From Octopus vulgaris (Eukaryota): 64,000 bases of DNA. The stretch spans positions 58,156,001 to 58,220,000 of the forward strand of contig OX597818.1 of NCBI GenBank assembly GCA_951406725.2. The letters run 5' to 3'. The notes beneath the pieces were generated by a model, which was not told the DNA's origin, did not search any database, and worked only from the letters and a program-made list of their open reading frames with translations. The position numbers and the translations under genes are program-made. How positions within the stretch are numbered: the stretch's first letter is position 1; every line of letters starts with the position of its first letter. Shown in pieces: positions 1-13,410 of the stretch.

Positions 1-30
1 TCAATCAATGTATTATGTAATTCTATTCTA

Positions 31-350
31 GAGCACTCCGTCGGTGACGACGAAGAGGGTCCCAGCTGATACGATCACTGGAACAGCTTGCTCGTGAAAT
101 TAACGTCCAAGTGGCTGAGCATTCCACAGACGCGTGTACTCTTAACGTAGTTTGCAATGAGATTCAGCGTGACACAGAATGTGACAAGGCTGTCCCTTTG
201 AAATACAGGTGCTACTCGTTTTTGCCAGCTGAGTGGACTGGAGCAACGTGAAATAAAGTGTCTTGCTCAAGGACAAAACGCGTCGGCGGGAATCGAATTC
301 ACAACCTTACCATCATGAGCTGGATGCGCTAACCACTAAGCCACGCGCCC
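31..350 (-). mobile_element. tRNA-derived SINE (group A tail, with a different tRNA head and CORE-like middle)
   Basis: Minus strand begins GGGCGCGTGGCTTAGTGGTTAGCGC...GAATTCGATTCCC (A/B boxes). The 3' ~190 bp match the tails of the SINEs at 37389-37770 and 56353-56720. Confidence 0.8.
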
Positions 351-386
351 TCACTGAAATTTTGTTAAACCGAAACAAAAGTACAA

Positions 387-1027
387 GGTGGCGAGCTAGC
401 AGAAACGTTAGCACGCCGGGCGAAGTGCTTAGAGGGAATTTCGTCTGCCGCTACATTCTGAGTTCAAATTTCGCCGAGGTCGACTTTAACTTTCATCCTT
501 TCGGGGTCGATTAAATAAGTACCAGTTACGCACTGGAGTCGATGTAATCGACTTAATCCGTTTGTCTGTCCTTGTTTGTCCTCTCTGTGTTTAGCTCCTT
601 GTGAGTAGTAAAGAAATAGGTATTTCGTCTGTCGTTACGTTCTGATTTCAAATTGCGCCGAGGTCGACTTTGCCTCTCATCATTTCGGGGTCGATAAATT
701 ACGTGCCAGTTACGTACTGGGGTCGATATAATCGACTTAATTCCTGTGTCTGTCCTTGTTTGTCACCACTATATTTAGCGCCTTGTGGGCAATAAGGAAA
801 TAAGAAACGTTAGCACGCCGGGCGAAATGCTTAGCTTATTTCGTCTGCCATTACGTTCTAAGTTCAAATTCCGCCGAGGTCGACTTTGCCTTTCATCCCT
901 TTGCCGTCGATAAATTAAGTACCAGTCACACACTGGTGTCGATGTAATCTACTTAATCTGCTTGTCTGCCCTTGTTTGTTCCCTCTGTGTTTAGCCCCTT
1001 GTGGGCAGTAAAGAAATAAGAAGTAAG
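387..1027 (+). mobile_element. tRNA-derived SINE group B, trimeric array
   Basis: Head GGCGAGCTAGCAGAAACGTTAGC, B box GAGTTCAAAT, and body GAGGTCGACTTTGCCTTTCATCCTTTCGGGGTCGATAAATTAAGTACCAG present three times. Flanked by imperfect direct repeat AACAAAA(G/C)TACAAG. Confidence 0.85.
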
Positions 1028-1779
1028 GAACAAAACTACAAGAATTGCATAATTATATTCAATATTTAATATCCATATTCCTTATAAGGTATCATTCTTT
1101 AAAATCAAATGCGTAGTTTCTGTAATTATAATTCTGTTTCTTGTAGTAGAAATCTTCCTCTTTTATTCCAGAGGTCATTCTATACCTCACCTCGCAGAAA
1201 CTTTGTGTTACTCGTAAAAGAAATATTGCAACAAACCAACTGTGAATAATAATGAAGGAAGACCGTGACGCGCACTGAAGTAGAATACTTTTTCCCCCGT
1301 TAATAAGACACGTAAGGATTCTTTCACAAAATCGAGGGGGAAAAAAGCAATTTTAGGGAATAGAGGTAGTTTGTATAGTCGTCATTCTTCCCTTATTCAG
1401 CCGGAAGAAGACGAAGTCATATGACATAAAGTATAAAAGTTGAAATTGTCAATAATTGCAATCACAAAAGGATCACAACGGCTGCGGCGGTAGTCGTCGC
1501 GGTGGTGAAGTTGGGTTGATGATGATAATGATGATGATGGTGATTGCAGTGGTGTTGATTGTGTGGATGACGGAGCAGCTGCAGCTGCTGCTGATGATGA
1601 TGATGGCAGGGCTTGTCGTTTGACTGGAAGAGCAGCGGTGAGAGAGATGATGATGATTACGACGACAACGACGCTGGTGATTATCAAATATTATGGTGTT
1701 AATGGCGATAATGATGGTGGCGATAGTAGTAGTAGTATTGTTCTGTGGAAGACAGACACATAAAGTTATAGACTAACAA

Positions 1780-1930
<151 letters not shown>

Positions 1931-1948
1931 GATGCATGGAGATGCTGA

Positions 1949-3141
1949 CAAGTTGCGTTGGGTAAATTGTCACCATTTTACATTTTTAATTTTGCGCACT
2001 CATATCAATTGCTTTGGATTTTGTTGACTGCACAATATAGTAGGGTCTGTTGGGCACCACAGTATAGTAGGGTTTTGTAGGGTATTTGGAAACGACATGC
2101 TGTACTGCTTGGAATTCGCACCGGAAGCTTCAACACGAACATTTCAGAGTGTTGAGGTATCAATCTGTGGATAGTGCAGACGATTTGAAAAGAGTTGGAT
2201 GAGTCCATTGTTGATTACTGAAGTACCGCATCTCGCAAATCTCATTCTGATCGTTCTGATAAGAAAATATCTCTTAAATTTGATGGTGGGATGCAGGCCA
2301 TGATTGGCAACGATCCCTCCAAGTAAATCAGGTCCATCGCCAGGGATATGGGAGTGTCTGAGTTTCTTATTAGGCACGTAGAATACTTTGGGTATTCCCC
2401 ATACAAGATGAGAATGGGCTAATTTTTATTGTAAGACATCAAGGACAAGAGGAAAGACTGCGCTACGAAGCTTTTGAATAAACTGAAGGCATCCCCTCCA
2501 ACCGAAAATGCTTTGGTCTTTGTCAGACGAGAAAAAATTTCTGCAAGAATTGGATGGTGAACGCACAGAACATCCGTTGACTAAAATATGTCCCGAGAAT
2601 GATAAAAATCAAACATCATGGAGTTTGCATTGATCACTAGTGATGGCGACCTTAGGCTCCCATTCACCTTCCCACACTGCCTCAGACCCAACACGTACAC
2701 CTACATCAAGGGCCTGGACGATGTAGTGCATGACTGACTCAAGAGGGTGGCAGCTGGAAGGCCCTATGTCTGGCGACAGGACTCTGCAGCAAGGAACCCA
2801 ATCATGGCTGTCAGATAATTTCTGTAACCACATCACCCCTAAACTCTGGTCACCTAACTCTCCAGACTGCAACCACTTTATTGTTGTATATGGAGCGGGA
2901 GACCAATAAACCTCCTGTTGTTGGTCTCAACTCCTTGAGTCACCATAGATGAACTGAAGGCGACGATTATGGTAGTCGGCTGGAGGAAGTGGTAAAGGTC
3001 AATGACGATTTTATTGAAGAAAATTACTCTGTAGTATTTCAAGATATTTTCCTGTAATTTTCGAAAACATACCTGTTAAAATGAAATGTCAGTATTTTCA
3101 TTTGTGAGTAATTTAGACGACAATTTATTCACCGAACCCTG
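1949..3141 (+). mobile_element. Decayed Tc1/mariner-superfamily DNA transposon (maT/DD37D-like)
   Basis: Frameshifted transposase remnants: IRSIARDMGVSEFLIR (HTH), LSDEKK, GRPYVWRQDSA, WSPNSPDCN. Imperfect TIRs ...GGTAAATTGTC at ~1950-1975 and GACAATTTATTCACCGAACCCTG ending at 3141. Confidence 0.75.
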
Positions 3142-3231
3142 GGCAGCTTGGGCAAGTGTCAAACTACTATAGCATAGGGCCGACTGAAAAATAGTGGGTG
3201 GATTTGTTAGCGGGAAACTGAATGAAGCCCG

Positions 3232-3303
<72 letters not shown>

Positions 3304-3420
3304 AAACATACATACACGGAAGAACGATATAGATAGAATAGGTACTAGGCTTGCTATTAAGGCAGTGCTCTAACATGGCCGCACTCAAATGACTGAAACA
3401 ATTATAAGAGTAAAAGTCTA
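3142..3420 (+). mobile_element. SINE group C fragment
   Basis: CTTGGGCAAGTG CORE-like segment, internal (TA)n, and tail GGCAGTGCTCTAACATGGCCGCACTCAAATGACTGAAAC. Confidence 0.7.
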
Positions 3421-3432
3421 TGTATCTGTGTT

Positions 3433-3515
<83 letters not shown>

Positions 3516-3532
3516 TAGACAGATAGATAGAC

Positions 3533-3625
<93 letters not shown>

Positions 3626-3793
3626 CATAAATGGACAGACAGGCAGACAGACAGATGGACCCCGAAATTGTGCTACGTAGTATTACTTGGCTGCTTAGAT
3701 GAATTCCAGTGAGATTTCCATTAATAAAATTCTGTAGTCGTCTAACAGATGGACAGCTTTATTACTTGTCGAATTTCATACCAGAGTCGCAGT

Positions 3794-3825
<32 letters not shown>

Positions 3826-3899
3826 TATGAATACACATACATACGCACTAACACACACACCCATAAACACATCTATATCAATCGGCCTAATTCTTTCAG

Positions 3900-5137
3900 A
3901 TATAACAATGGAAAATCTTACTTCTCAGACTTCCGCCGCAAATAAAACGAATTATTATTTACTGCGGGGGGCAATAGGAACCCTTGTTTATAAACCAAGA
4001 GAGAAATTTACCATATGGCGCTTTGCAGACTGTAGGTGCTTCTCATCTGTACCTTCAGCCTCATTGGTAGATTTAAAATGTCACAAATAACATCCACACA
4101 CATAGACACAGACACACACATACACACACATAGACACACTAGCAAATACACACGCACACACACACACACACACACACATGTAAAACTCTCAGTACTGATG
4201 TGTGCTACGTCTCATCTTCATACCTATGGTACTTCGGGGCCTGTGACCCACAAGGTATTCTTTATAACGTTAAGGCGGCAAGCTGGTAGAAACGTTAGCA
4301 CGCCGGGCGAAATGCTCAGCAGTATTTCGCCTGGCGTTACTTTCTGAGTTCAAATTCCGTCGAGGTCGACTTTGCCTTTCATCCTCTCAGGGTCGATTAA
4401 ATAAGTACCAGTTACGCACTGGTGTCGATATAATCGACTTAATCCGTTTGTCTGACCTTGTTTGTCTCCTCTCTGTTTAACCACTTGTGGGTAGTAAAGA
4501 AATAGGTATTTCCTCTGTCGTTACGTTCTGAATTCAAATTCCGCCGAGGTCGACTTTGCCTTTCACCCTTTCGGGGTCGATTAAATAAGTACCAGTTACG
4601 CACTGGGGTCGATATAATCGACTTAATCCGTTTGTCTGACCTTGTTTGTCTCCTCTCTGTTTAACCACTTGTGGGTAGTAAAGAAATAGGTATTTCCTCT
4701 GTCGTTACGTTCTGAATTCAAATTCCGCCGAGGTCGACTTTGCCTTTCACCCTTTCGGGGTCGATTAAATAAGTACCAGTTACGCACTGGGGTCGATATA
4801 GTCGACTTAATCCGTTTGTCTGTCCTTGTTTGTCCCTTCTGTGTTTAGCCCCTTGTGGGTAGTAAATAAATAGGTATTCTTTATAACGTTTATGGTTGTC
4901 ATGCACCCTATTTGAATATAAATGGCCTGAATTTTCTGTTTCCCGACACCCTATCTGCAAGAGATTTGATCAGAATTGATCATACATGTATCAGTGTAAA
5001 ATGTTTGTTTCATGCAGGACGACCATATCCGGGTGGAGCATGCGATGGTTTTAACCTCTAATTCAACGCTTGAAGAAAATGATATACCTGTTAGTGATAA
5101 CACGAAATTGTTTTTGTATAGAGGAATTAATAAAGAA
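3900..5137 (+). CDS. Candidate spliced host exons (3900-4031, 4193-4254, 5018-5137), product unidentified
   Basis: AG/GT borders (ttctttcag|, |gtaggt; ctctcag|, |gtattc; tttcatgcag|, |gttagt) with compatible phases give an open frame from ATG 3908: MENLTSQTSAANKTNYYLLRGAIGTLVYKPREKFTIWRFADLLMCATSHLHTYGTSGPVTHKDDHIRVEHAMVLTSNSTLEENDIPVSDNTKLFLYRGINKE. No domain recognised. Confidence 0.25.
4273..4871 (+). mobile_element. SINE group B with three tandem ~180-bp bodies and 19-bp TSD
   Basis: One head, three near-identical bodies. TSD AGGTATTCTTTATAACGTT at 4253-4271 and 4872-4890. Confidence 0.9.
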
Positions 5138-5655
5138 GTTAGTTTTACTTAATTTAGGTTTAAAATTGACTTTAATATTGTTCTAACTCGAATCCACGTC
5201 GGAAAAAGTGTTGGCCATTGAGATTATTTTAAAATCATGTGGCAGTGTTCGAATTTTCAAATGACTAATTGAGCCAAACATTGAATGAAGTCCTAGAAGC
5301 GAAAAACTTTAAACATCTATACTCAACACTGTGCTAAATCCATAGTATGTAAGCTGAAACGGTAACAGAAAAATAAGCAGAAAATGTTTAAGAGAAGAAC
5401 AAAAGTTGAACGTAACAAAAACATAATGACGCCAAATTTAGTTAAGTTATACCACGAGCAAAATACGAAATAATTAAATAAATAATAAGACAGCAGCAGC
5501 AGCCACTCATTGTTTGCTAATTCTGAAGATAATGGAAAGACTGAGACGATGAGACTCGTTTGGAAAAGGCTGAAATATAGACGAGTTTCGACATCAAAAA
5601 TACTTGTTTATTCTCTCTCTCTCTGAATATATATGTGTGTATATTTGCGCATATA

Positions 5656-5719
<64 letters not shown>

Positions 5720-6680
5720 CATATATACATATATATACATATGCACATATGCATACATATTTATATACAAGAATGTATATGCATATATATATGTGTACAC
5801 ATACATGTACACACACACACACATATATATATACAAGAATGTATATGCATATATATGTATGTGTACACATACACGTACATACAAACACACACACATATAT
5901 ATATATATATATATGTATGTATATATGCATATATACGCTAAATTCGGTGGATTCATATTTACCTATATGTCGTGAGAGTGTATGTGTGACTAAAGCTCGT
6001 ATGTCTATAAAGACGTGTTTCTATATCTCTCTAGCAAAAAAAAAAAAAAAAAAAAAAATTATATTTTTCTTTGTGTTTAGATACAGAGAAAATGATAAAA
6101 AGAATATATCCAATGGTTAATATATTATCCCGTCGTATATATATATTGTCTGTCGAATAATAGGTAGCTAAATATATCTTCAAGAAAAACGATGTGAAGA
6201 TATCAAAGCTGAAAGAAAGCACCAACTTGCACTACTTGGCATCCTGGTTTCGTATACCGATGTTTATTTTGCCTGCAGTTCTCTCGGGTTTTCAAGTACG
6301 TTGATGTGTGAACGACAGTGTCCATGAAAACAGATTTTATCTGAAGATTACGATTCCCTCGAGCGCAATCATCTTTAAATCAATACCTTCAGTTGTAAGA
6401 CTACCATTTCTTTCGTACAAAAGAAATACACCCATTAACATACTACTTCCCATGTATCCGTACCATTATTTCCTCGCATATTTTACATATGTATACGCAT
6501 GTTTGTACGTATACACATACATATCGAATGCATGCTCTCAGGTTCCTGCAAAGGCACGCAGACATATATTTATATGTACGTATATACATAGGTATGTATC
6601 TATATGACGATACGCATATATTTTTCTAAGTTTGTTAAGTGTTGGTGCGCATGCGCAAAATTATATATATGTATCCGATA

Positions 6681-6891
6681 TTTACTCTTTACTCTTTTAC
6701 TTGTTTCAGTCATTTGACTGCGGCCATGCTGGAGCACCGCCTTTAGTCGAGCAAATCGACCCCAGGACTTATTCTTTGTAAGCCCAGTACTTAGTCTATC
6801 GGTCTCTTTGCCGAACCGCTAAGTGACGGGGACGTAAACACACCAGCATCGGTTGTCAAGCAATGCTAGGGGGACAAACACAGACACACAA

Positions 6892-6931
<40 letters not shown>

Positions 6932-7103
6932 TTATATATACGACAGGCTTCTTTCAGTTTCCGTCTACCAAATCCACTCACAAGGCTTTTGTCGGCCCGG
7001 GGCTATAGCAGAAGACACTTGCCCAAGATGCCACGCAGTGGGACTGAACCCGGAACTATGTGGCTGGTTAGCAAGCTACTTACCACACAGCCACTCCTGC
7101 GCC
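6681..7103 (-). mobile_element. Full-length SINE group C (tRNA head, CORE-like domain, internal TA/TG microsatellite, CR1-like tail)
   Basis: Matches copies at 26487, 48871 and 51645. Ends in (AAAAGAGT)n. Confidence 0.9.
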
Positions 7104-7544
7104 TATTTGAGTAGATATATTCCGTGAATATTAATGTGAATTAATTGAATCAGATAGCTGAGCTAACAAGAATACTGTTGCTTTATTGCAACAGGAAATG
7201 CTCCTCGCTGGAAAAAAAAAATGGCGAATCACATTTATAACGATACCAGTAATTAGAGCGGGGTAATTTCAAATACTCTCGGATCAGATTTATTGCAAAT
7301 TGGTTGCCTATTAAGGGCATAATCTTGAATTATCATGTCGAAGTACTGGTGGAACAATACAGCAACATCGTACACACACACACACACACACACAAACACA
7401 TACATACATACATACAAATTCTCTATTCGCAAACCTCTCAACGATAGATATTCAGTAACTGTACTCTAGAGTAAAGATTATTTGCCAACATAACACGGCA
7501 GTCGAATGTTATATATTCATACAAACATACATACATACATACAC

Positions 7545-7651
<107 letters not shown>

Positions 7652-8620
7652 TTATAATAATAATTATTATTTGAGGGAATATTATTCCTAAATTACAGGA
7701 AAAAATTAAATCTAGAAATACTCAATCAAATTTCATAAAATAATATATATATATATATATATATATAAATTAGAAAAAAACACCCTTTATCAATTTAATT
7801 ATGAACAATTAAATGAAACAATCCAGAAAATTACATATAATAGAAATATTAAAATTCAAATAACAATAACATACCGATTATTAAGTAAATTGCAAAATAA
7901 TAATAATAAAGTATATATTTGGTAATAATACGGTGGCTTGCATATTATGTATGTATATATATGCTAGGCACCTTATTATTACTGTATATAACGGTAATAA
8001 TACGAATTTACTTTTTTTTTTTACCTGTTTACAATAGTTTTTATAAAAGGAGCGAGATACTTAAAGTAAGAAACGCACACGTTCTTAACAAAGTGAATAT
8101 TTTAGAAATGGATGTAAAATGCTGTTTTCAACTGACGATCGCAAAGCATGAAATCAATTGGTATTGAAATAGGTATTCCAATCGGTGGTAAGCCTATTTC
8201 TGAAGTGTTCATTGCATTATTTGTGTGTAACTTTATCGTAATTTTTCTGTTTGTTTTTGGAGAAATGGCTTTGATCTTGGCAAGTGGTATCTATACCCTA
8301 CTTTTATTAAATTACTATATATATATATATACCTACATAAATTTTTATACGCACGCACATACATATATGCATACAGGCTCATTCCCGTGCACACATATAC
8401 ACACAGATATACATATACATACCTGCAAACACATACGCACACATACACATACACATATTCATACAGACTTAACGTCCCACACACACATGCACACATACAT
8501 ATACATAGAATCATACGCACACACGCACACATCTACATTTACATACAGACTGATACGCACAGATATACACACACAAATACATAGACATACACGCACAAAG
8601 CACGCTCACATACACTCATA

Positions 8621-8685
<65 letters not shown>

Positions 8686-9392
8686 TATGTGTTCCTACGT
8701 GTGTGTATGTATTGCGTAAGTCTTCAAACTGCATCAGACATCAAGGCTGTGGCAAGATGGCTCCATAGTACTGATGAGTGGAGCCACCACCTGGCCACCG
8801 TCGTTCCCAGGTTTCCTTGGATATTAGATAACAACTCGTTTATGTAACACATGCGCTCTCAGGGATAAAAGAATTTAATCCGAATCTGAATACATCAGTT
8901 GAATCCTTTTTGATAACTTTTGTAGTTCCCTGAAATTGTGAATATATTTTCCAGGATATGTTTCATTAAAGCAGTGCAATTAAACTTTTTAATTAAATGA
9001 CGTCAATTCCTATGAAATGAAGGCATCTACATAAAATTCTACATCAGAAATAAATTTTGAGAATTTTTTCATATTTCCTAACATACAAAATCTAAATTGG
9101 TAAATATATAGATAAATGATTTAAGAAGCGAATGAACAAAATGCATTATATTTATGTCAAATTAAATCGATAATTAAATCAATAATTGGTGAATATAACA
9201 CATTGAATAGAATCTAAAATAATTTATCAAACATTTAAACATAAACGTAATTATGTCTAGACTTTCAAACAGCCTTATATTTGTGCATATTTTGCTTCCT
9301 ATTCTATATATAATATATGCCTATTTCTTATAATCTTGTATGGGGAGCGTGTATATACATATATACATACATATATATATATATATACACAT

Positions 9393-9443
<51 letters not shown>

Positions 9444-9509
9444 CATACATATATATATATATATATACATACATATATATATACATACATATATATATAT
9501 ACATACATA

Positions 9510-9541
<32 letters not shown>

Positions 9542-9580
9542 CATACATATATATATATATACACATATATGTATATACAT

Positions 9581-9645
<65 letters not shown>

Positions 9646-10053
9646 TACAGGGACCGAGATGTACGTAGAAATTTACCTTCAGCCAATCCGTAGTAAATAT
9701 AAAAAACAACTTCCAAGGGCACCAGTGGTTTACTGAGACGGAAGGCTGTGGATAATTTCGCATAAAGTTCTTTTTATATTTCATGTTAGGCGACCAGGTT
9801 TGCCATGTTTTGGAATAAAAATACTACAGTTGAAAATTAGAGTAGATAATTTTTTTTTCAGGGCTACATACGTTTCACACCAGGCGGAGCACATGAGGGA
9901 AGGTGAATACGGCAGGTAACTTTTGAAGTTCAACGATATCTTTATTAAATGAAAGTTTTACGCTGTCGCAAGACGATACATGTTAACACATGCAAGATTA
10001 AAACTGAAAAATAGCCTCACTAGGATTATTACGGCTTCTGATTTTCCGCTCGC

Positions 10054-10106
<53 letters not shown>

Positions 10107-10126
10107 AAACACTCCTGTCACAACCT

Positions 10127-10170
10127 GGGACCTTGAAGAATGCTATAATGCAAGAAAGTATACTAGTCCC
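10127..10170 (+). ncRNA. Minimal type I hammerhead-like motif in a short (TA)n-flanked module (10103-10237)
   Basis: GGGAC-cTTGAAGA-aTGC tataat GCAa-GAAA-GTATAC-TA-GTCCC: stem I GGGAC/GTCCC, palindromic stem III AGTATACT. Confidence 0.55.
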
Positions 10171-10232
10171 TTAATATTTTATATTCAGTATATTTCATCT
10201 ATTCAATAAAACAATCAATACTTCAATTCAGT

Positions 10233-10277
<45 letters not shown>

Positions 10278-10297
10278 TAAAATATATATATATATAT

Positions 10298-10334
<37 letters not shown>

Positions 10335-10349
10335 ATAAATGGTGGGGTT

Positions 10350-12542
10350 GTGTTGACCGCACGTGGAGAAATGATAAGTAAGGAAAAGGAGGTCAAGGAT
10401 GACGTTTCTGAATTCTGCAGAAAACTTCGCCTAACAGAAGCTTTGACAGATATCAACAATGGGGACGACTCATTGATCAGAAATAAAAGCAACTTCCTAC
10501 CACCAAAAGGGAGAAATAAAACACTGGACGATTTCTGTAAACACATCCAGAGTCTCCCCTTTACCCCAAGCAAAACCAAGGTAAAATCCAATTTCAGTAA
10601 GGAAGAATGGGAAAACCTACGTGACATACAACTGGATAAAAACCTCACCATCAAAGAAGCGGACAAAGGGAGTGCTGTGGTCCTTATGGACACGGAATTT
10701 TATAAACACCTAGTGTTCTCCATGCTTAACAATAACATTTTCTATGAGGTTATTAACAACTACAAACAGCAAAAAACAATCAGAAACCTCACCACACTCA
10801 TACGCCAACACGGTCAGGGACTCACAGAAAAAGAAAGGGATTATATCACCATTTTCAAATGCAAGCCCAGCCTTTTTTATGGCCTTCCTAAAATCCATAA
10901 AAACAAATACATCACCGAAGCCTGCAAACTCTCCACTGACATCCACATCAACATCAAAGCACCGGAGGACCTAAAACTAAGGCCCATCGTGGCTGGTACC
11001 TCCTGTGAAACACACCGCCTGAGTAACTTCCTAGACATCCTTTTGAAACCTTTCCTTACCCACATCAAAAGTTTCATTAGGGATGATCTGGACATGCTCA
11101 AACACCTCCCGAAAAAAGTTAACGAGGAGGCACTCCTGGTATCCTTTGATGTCATCAACCTCTACACCAACATTCCACATGAGTATGGTATAGAGGCAAT
11201 TGACTTCTGGCTAGAAAAACACCCAGAGACATTCCCTGACCGCATTAACAAGTCTTTTATTACAGAATCTCTTAAGTTCATTCTGACAAACAATTTTTTT
11301 CTCTTCGACGACACACACTACCGTCAAAAATGTGGCATTGCGATGGGTACCAAGGCTGCACCAGTCCTTGCGAACCTCATAATGGGTTACTTCGAACTGT
11401 CACTCTATGAAATATCAAGCCAGAAATTTGGACATGTTTTCCACACCTACCTAATGGAAAACTGGAAAAGGTATTTAGATGATTGTTTCATCATATGGAA
11501 AGAACCTTATGAAAAACTCCTGGAATTCAAAACCATACTAAACAACATACATCCCAACATCCAATTCACTATGGAATTAAGCAAACATCATCTCCCATTC
11601 CTTGATCTCCTAATTATAAAAACACCTAAGAACCAAATCATAACAGACATCTACCACAAACCTACAGACTCACAACAATACCTCCTCTTTAGTTCATGCC
11701 ACCCAAAACACACCAAGACAAATATCCCTTTCAATTTAGCTAAAAGGGTATGCACCATTGTCTCGGATCCAAAAACACGAGAAATACGCCTTCAAGACCT
11801 CAAAAAAACACTATTACAACGTCAATATCCCTCCACCCTTATAGAGTATGGAATAAAACGCGCCAAAGAACTAGACAACACTACACTGATAACCACCCAA
11901 CCTAACACCACACACAACCTCAAAATACTTCCATACATTTCCACCCACAACCCCAAAAATATCGAAGCATACACCACAATCATACAAAACCTCAGTCTAC
12001 TGTCAACAGACCCAAAAATGAAAAACATTATAAATACACACAAAATCCTCAAATGCAAAAGGCAACACAAATCTTTAAAAAAACTCTTGACAAATGCCAA
12101 ACTTCACACACCACATCCACCCCCAACAGTAAAAAAATGTGCACGCTCAAACTGTGGTACCTGTCCCTTTCTACTTGAAGGCTCTGAATTTACCTTCAAA
12201 CAAGGTACGAAGTTTAAAATCAAGACTAACTTCTCCTGTTCCTCCGAGAACCTTATCTACGTTCTCACATGCGCTGGTTGCCAGCATAATTATGTGGGAC
12301 AAACGAGTCTCCCGTTACGTAAACGAGTAACGGTGCATAAAGAACAAATAAATCTCCCGGAATACCGACAAATTCCACTGAGTGACCACTTAGACTCATG
12401 TGCTAAAGACTTAAACCCCAAATTCTATATATTCCCCTTCTACCAATGTAAAGACGGGATCACCACACAGGAGAGAATTAACAAGGAGAATCTCTTTATT
12501 GAAAAATTCCAAACACAACTTAATATGCAAACTCCTCGTTGA
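10350..12542 (+). CDS. PLE reverse transcriptase + GIY-YIG endonuclease (730 aa, N-terminus probably missing)
   Basis: Motifs ADKG, FYGLPKIHK, LRPIV, SFDVINLYTNIP, GIAMGT..APVLANL, RYLDD, LPFLD, YHKPT, SCHP. Cys linker CARSNCGTC, then NLIYVLTC..C...YVGQT...R...H (GIY-YIG with CCHH). Confidence 0.93.
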   Translation: MLTARGEMISKEKEVKDDVSEFCRKLRLTEALTDINNGDDSLIRNKSNFLPPKGRNKTLDDFCKHIQSLPFTPSKTKVKSNFSKEEWENLRDIQLDKNLTIKEADKGSAVVLMDTEFYKHLVFSMLNNNIFYEVINNYKQQKTIRNLTTLIRQHGQGLTEKERDYITIFKCKPSLFYGLPKIHKNKYITEACKLSTDIHINIKAPEDLKLRPIVAGTSCETHRLSNFLDILLKPFLTHIKSFIRDDLDMLKHLPKKVNEEALLVSFDVINLYTNIPHEYGIEAIDFWLEKHPETFPDRINKSFITESLKFILTNNFFLFDDTHYRQKCGIAMGTKAAPVLANLIMGYFELSLYEISSQKFGHVFHTYLMENWKRYLDDCFIIWKEPYEKLLEFKTILNNIHPNIQFTMELSKHHLPFLDLLIIKTPKNQIITDIYHKPTDSQQYLLFSSCHPKHTKTNIPFNLAKRVCTIVSDPKTREIRLQDLKKTLLQRQYPSTLIEYGIKRAKELDNTTLITTQPNTTHNLKILPYISTHNPKNIEAYTTIIQNLSLLSTDPKMKNIINTHKILKCKRQHKSLKKLLTNAKLHTPHPPPTVKKCARSNCGTCPFLLEGSEFTFKQGTKFKIKTNFSCSSENLIYVLTCAGCQHNYVGQTSLPLRKRVTVHKEQINLPEYRQIPLSDHLDSCAKDLNPKFYIFPFYQCKDGITTQERINKENLFIEKFQTQLNMQTPR

Positions 12543-13142
12543 TCAAACTTCCTTTCTCTACCTCACTCTTCATGGATGGACTAACACAAATATATAAAGA
12601 TACCATGCATTCATCACTTCAAGCTAAAACTTATATTCTTTAAATATCATTTTCACTATTGTTGTTATTACTATCATTTTTATTATAAATGATATGACAA
12701 TTTGAAATGCAATTGTCTATGCAGTTTTATATTATTAGAAAATAATATAAATAAAGTGTTAAAATCTGAAAGTTAAGTTAACAAGCAATTATATAAAAAA
12801 GATAATGCAAATGAAGCTAAAATGATAGTTTTATAATTTGGGTTTTATTGAAGAACTCAAAAGAGTTGTCTCCCTTACTCACAACACAGGAACTGAAGAA
12901 CCAGGACCACAATTACTACTACTTCCTGTCCTGCAACATGCTGAATTTAACAACACAACACATCACATGCTCTTAATCCCTTTGGATCTTAACACCTCAA
13001 GGTAATTTTTTGGTAAACAACCATAAAACTCAAGATACACAACGAACTCACAATGTATCGGAGAACTTATTTTTTAATTTTTGTACATTTTTATCATTAT
13101 TCTTTTACAAAAAACAATGCAATTTTCTTTTTTTCCCCTTTC

Positions 13143-13173
<31 letters not shown>

Positions 13174-13190
13174 CTTCTTAAAACATAAAT

Positions 13191-13229
13191 ATTCTTGACA
13201 AGTCATACAATGACAAAAACCGGTTGAAT
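13191..13229 (+). ncRNA. Hammerhead-like motif, U3:A8 core variant, in PLE 3' region (G12 lost in this copy)
   Basis: ATTC-TTGACAA-GTCA tacaa TGAC-AAAAA-CCGG-TT-GAAT. Confidence 0.5.
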
Positions 13230-13341
13230 AAATATATATTTATATATTTTATCATTTTCTCATTTTATTAAAATTTTCTTTCATTTGAGCATTCTGCATT
13301 TTTAAAAAAATTTTTCCTTACTATATATATATATATATTAA

Positions 13342-13379
<38 letters not shown>

Positions 13380-13410
13380 TATATATATAAAATATATATA
13401 TATATATATA

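Larger units (their letters stand above)
10332..13322 (+). mobile_element. Penelope-like retroelement (C-terminal GIY-YIG, Neptune-like), 5'-truncated, inserted in (TA)n
   Basis: Long ORF plus ~780-bp 3' region carrying an HHR-like motif, with (TA)n on both sides. Confidence 0.9.

Noticed and set aside
1397-1763. Ser/Ala/Asp-rich ORFs
   Set aside because: They derive from a degenerate (GAT/GGT/GCT)n trinucleotide tract.
4330-4870. Regular ~180-bp repeats, and the 41-bp repeats at 31930-32155, as a CRISPR-like array
   Set aside because: Units are contiguous with no unique spacers, there are no cas genes, and the context is eukaryotic.
8148-8768. 206-aa ORF with a hydrophobic N-terminus
   Set aside because: Most of it is microsatellite. 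The hydrophobic part follows a strong donor-like site (gtg|gtaagc, 8187) and reflects T-rich DNA.
8757-8790. CTGATGAG inside hairpin GGCTCCA/TGGAGCC as a hammerhead
   Set aside because: No downstream stem II-GAAA, so the topology does not fit.
10350-12542. Telomerase, retron, group II intron RT, or selenoprotein-type N-terminal-EN PLE
   Set aside because: The DKG motif and C-terminal GIY-YIG identify a canonical EN+ PLE, and there is no in-frame UGA.
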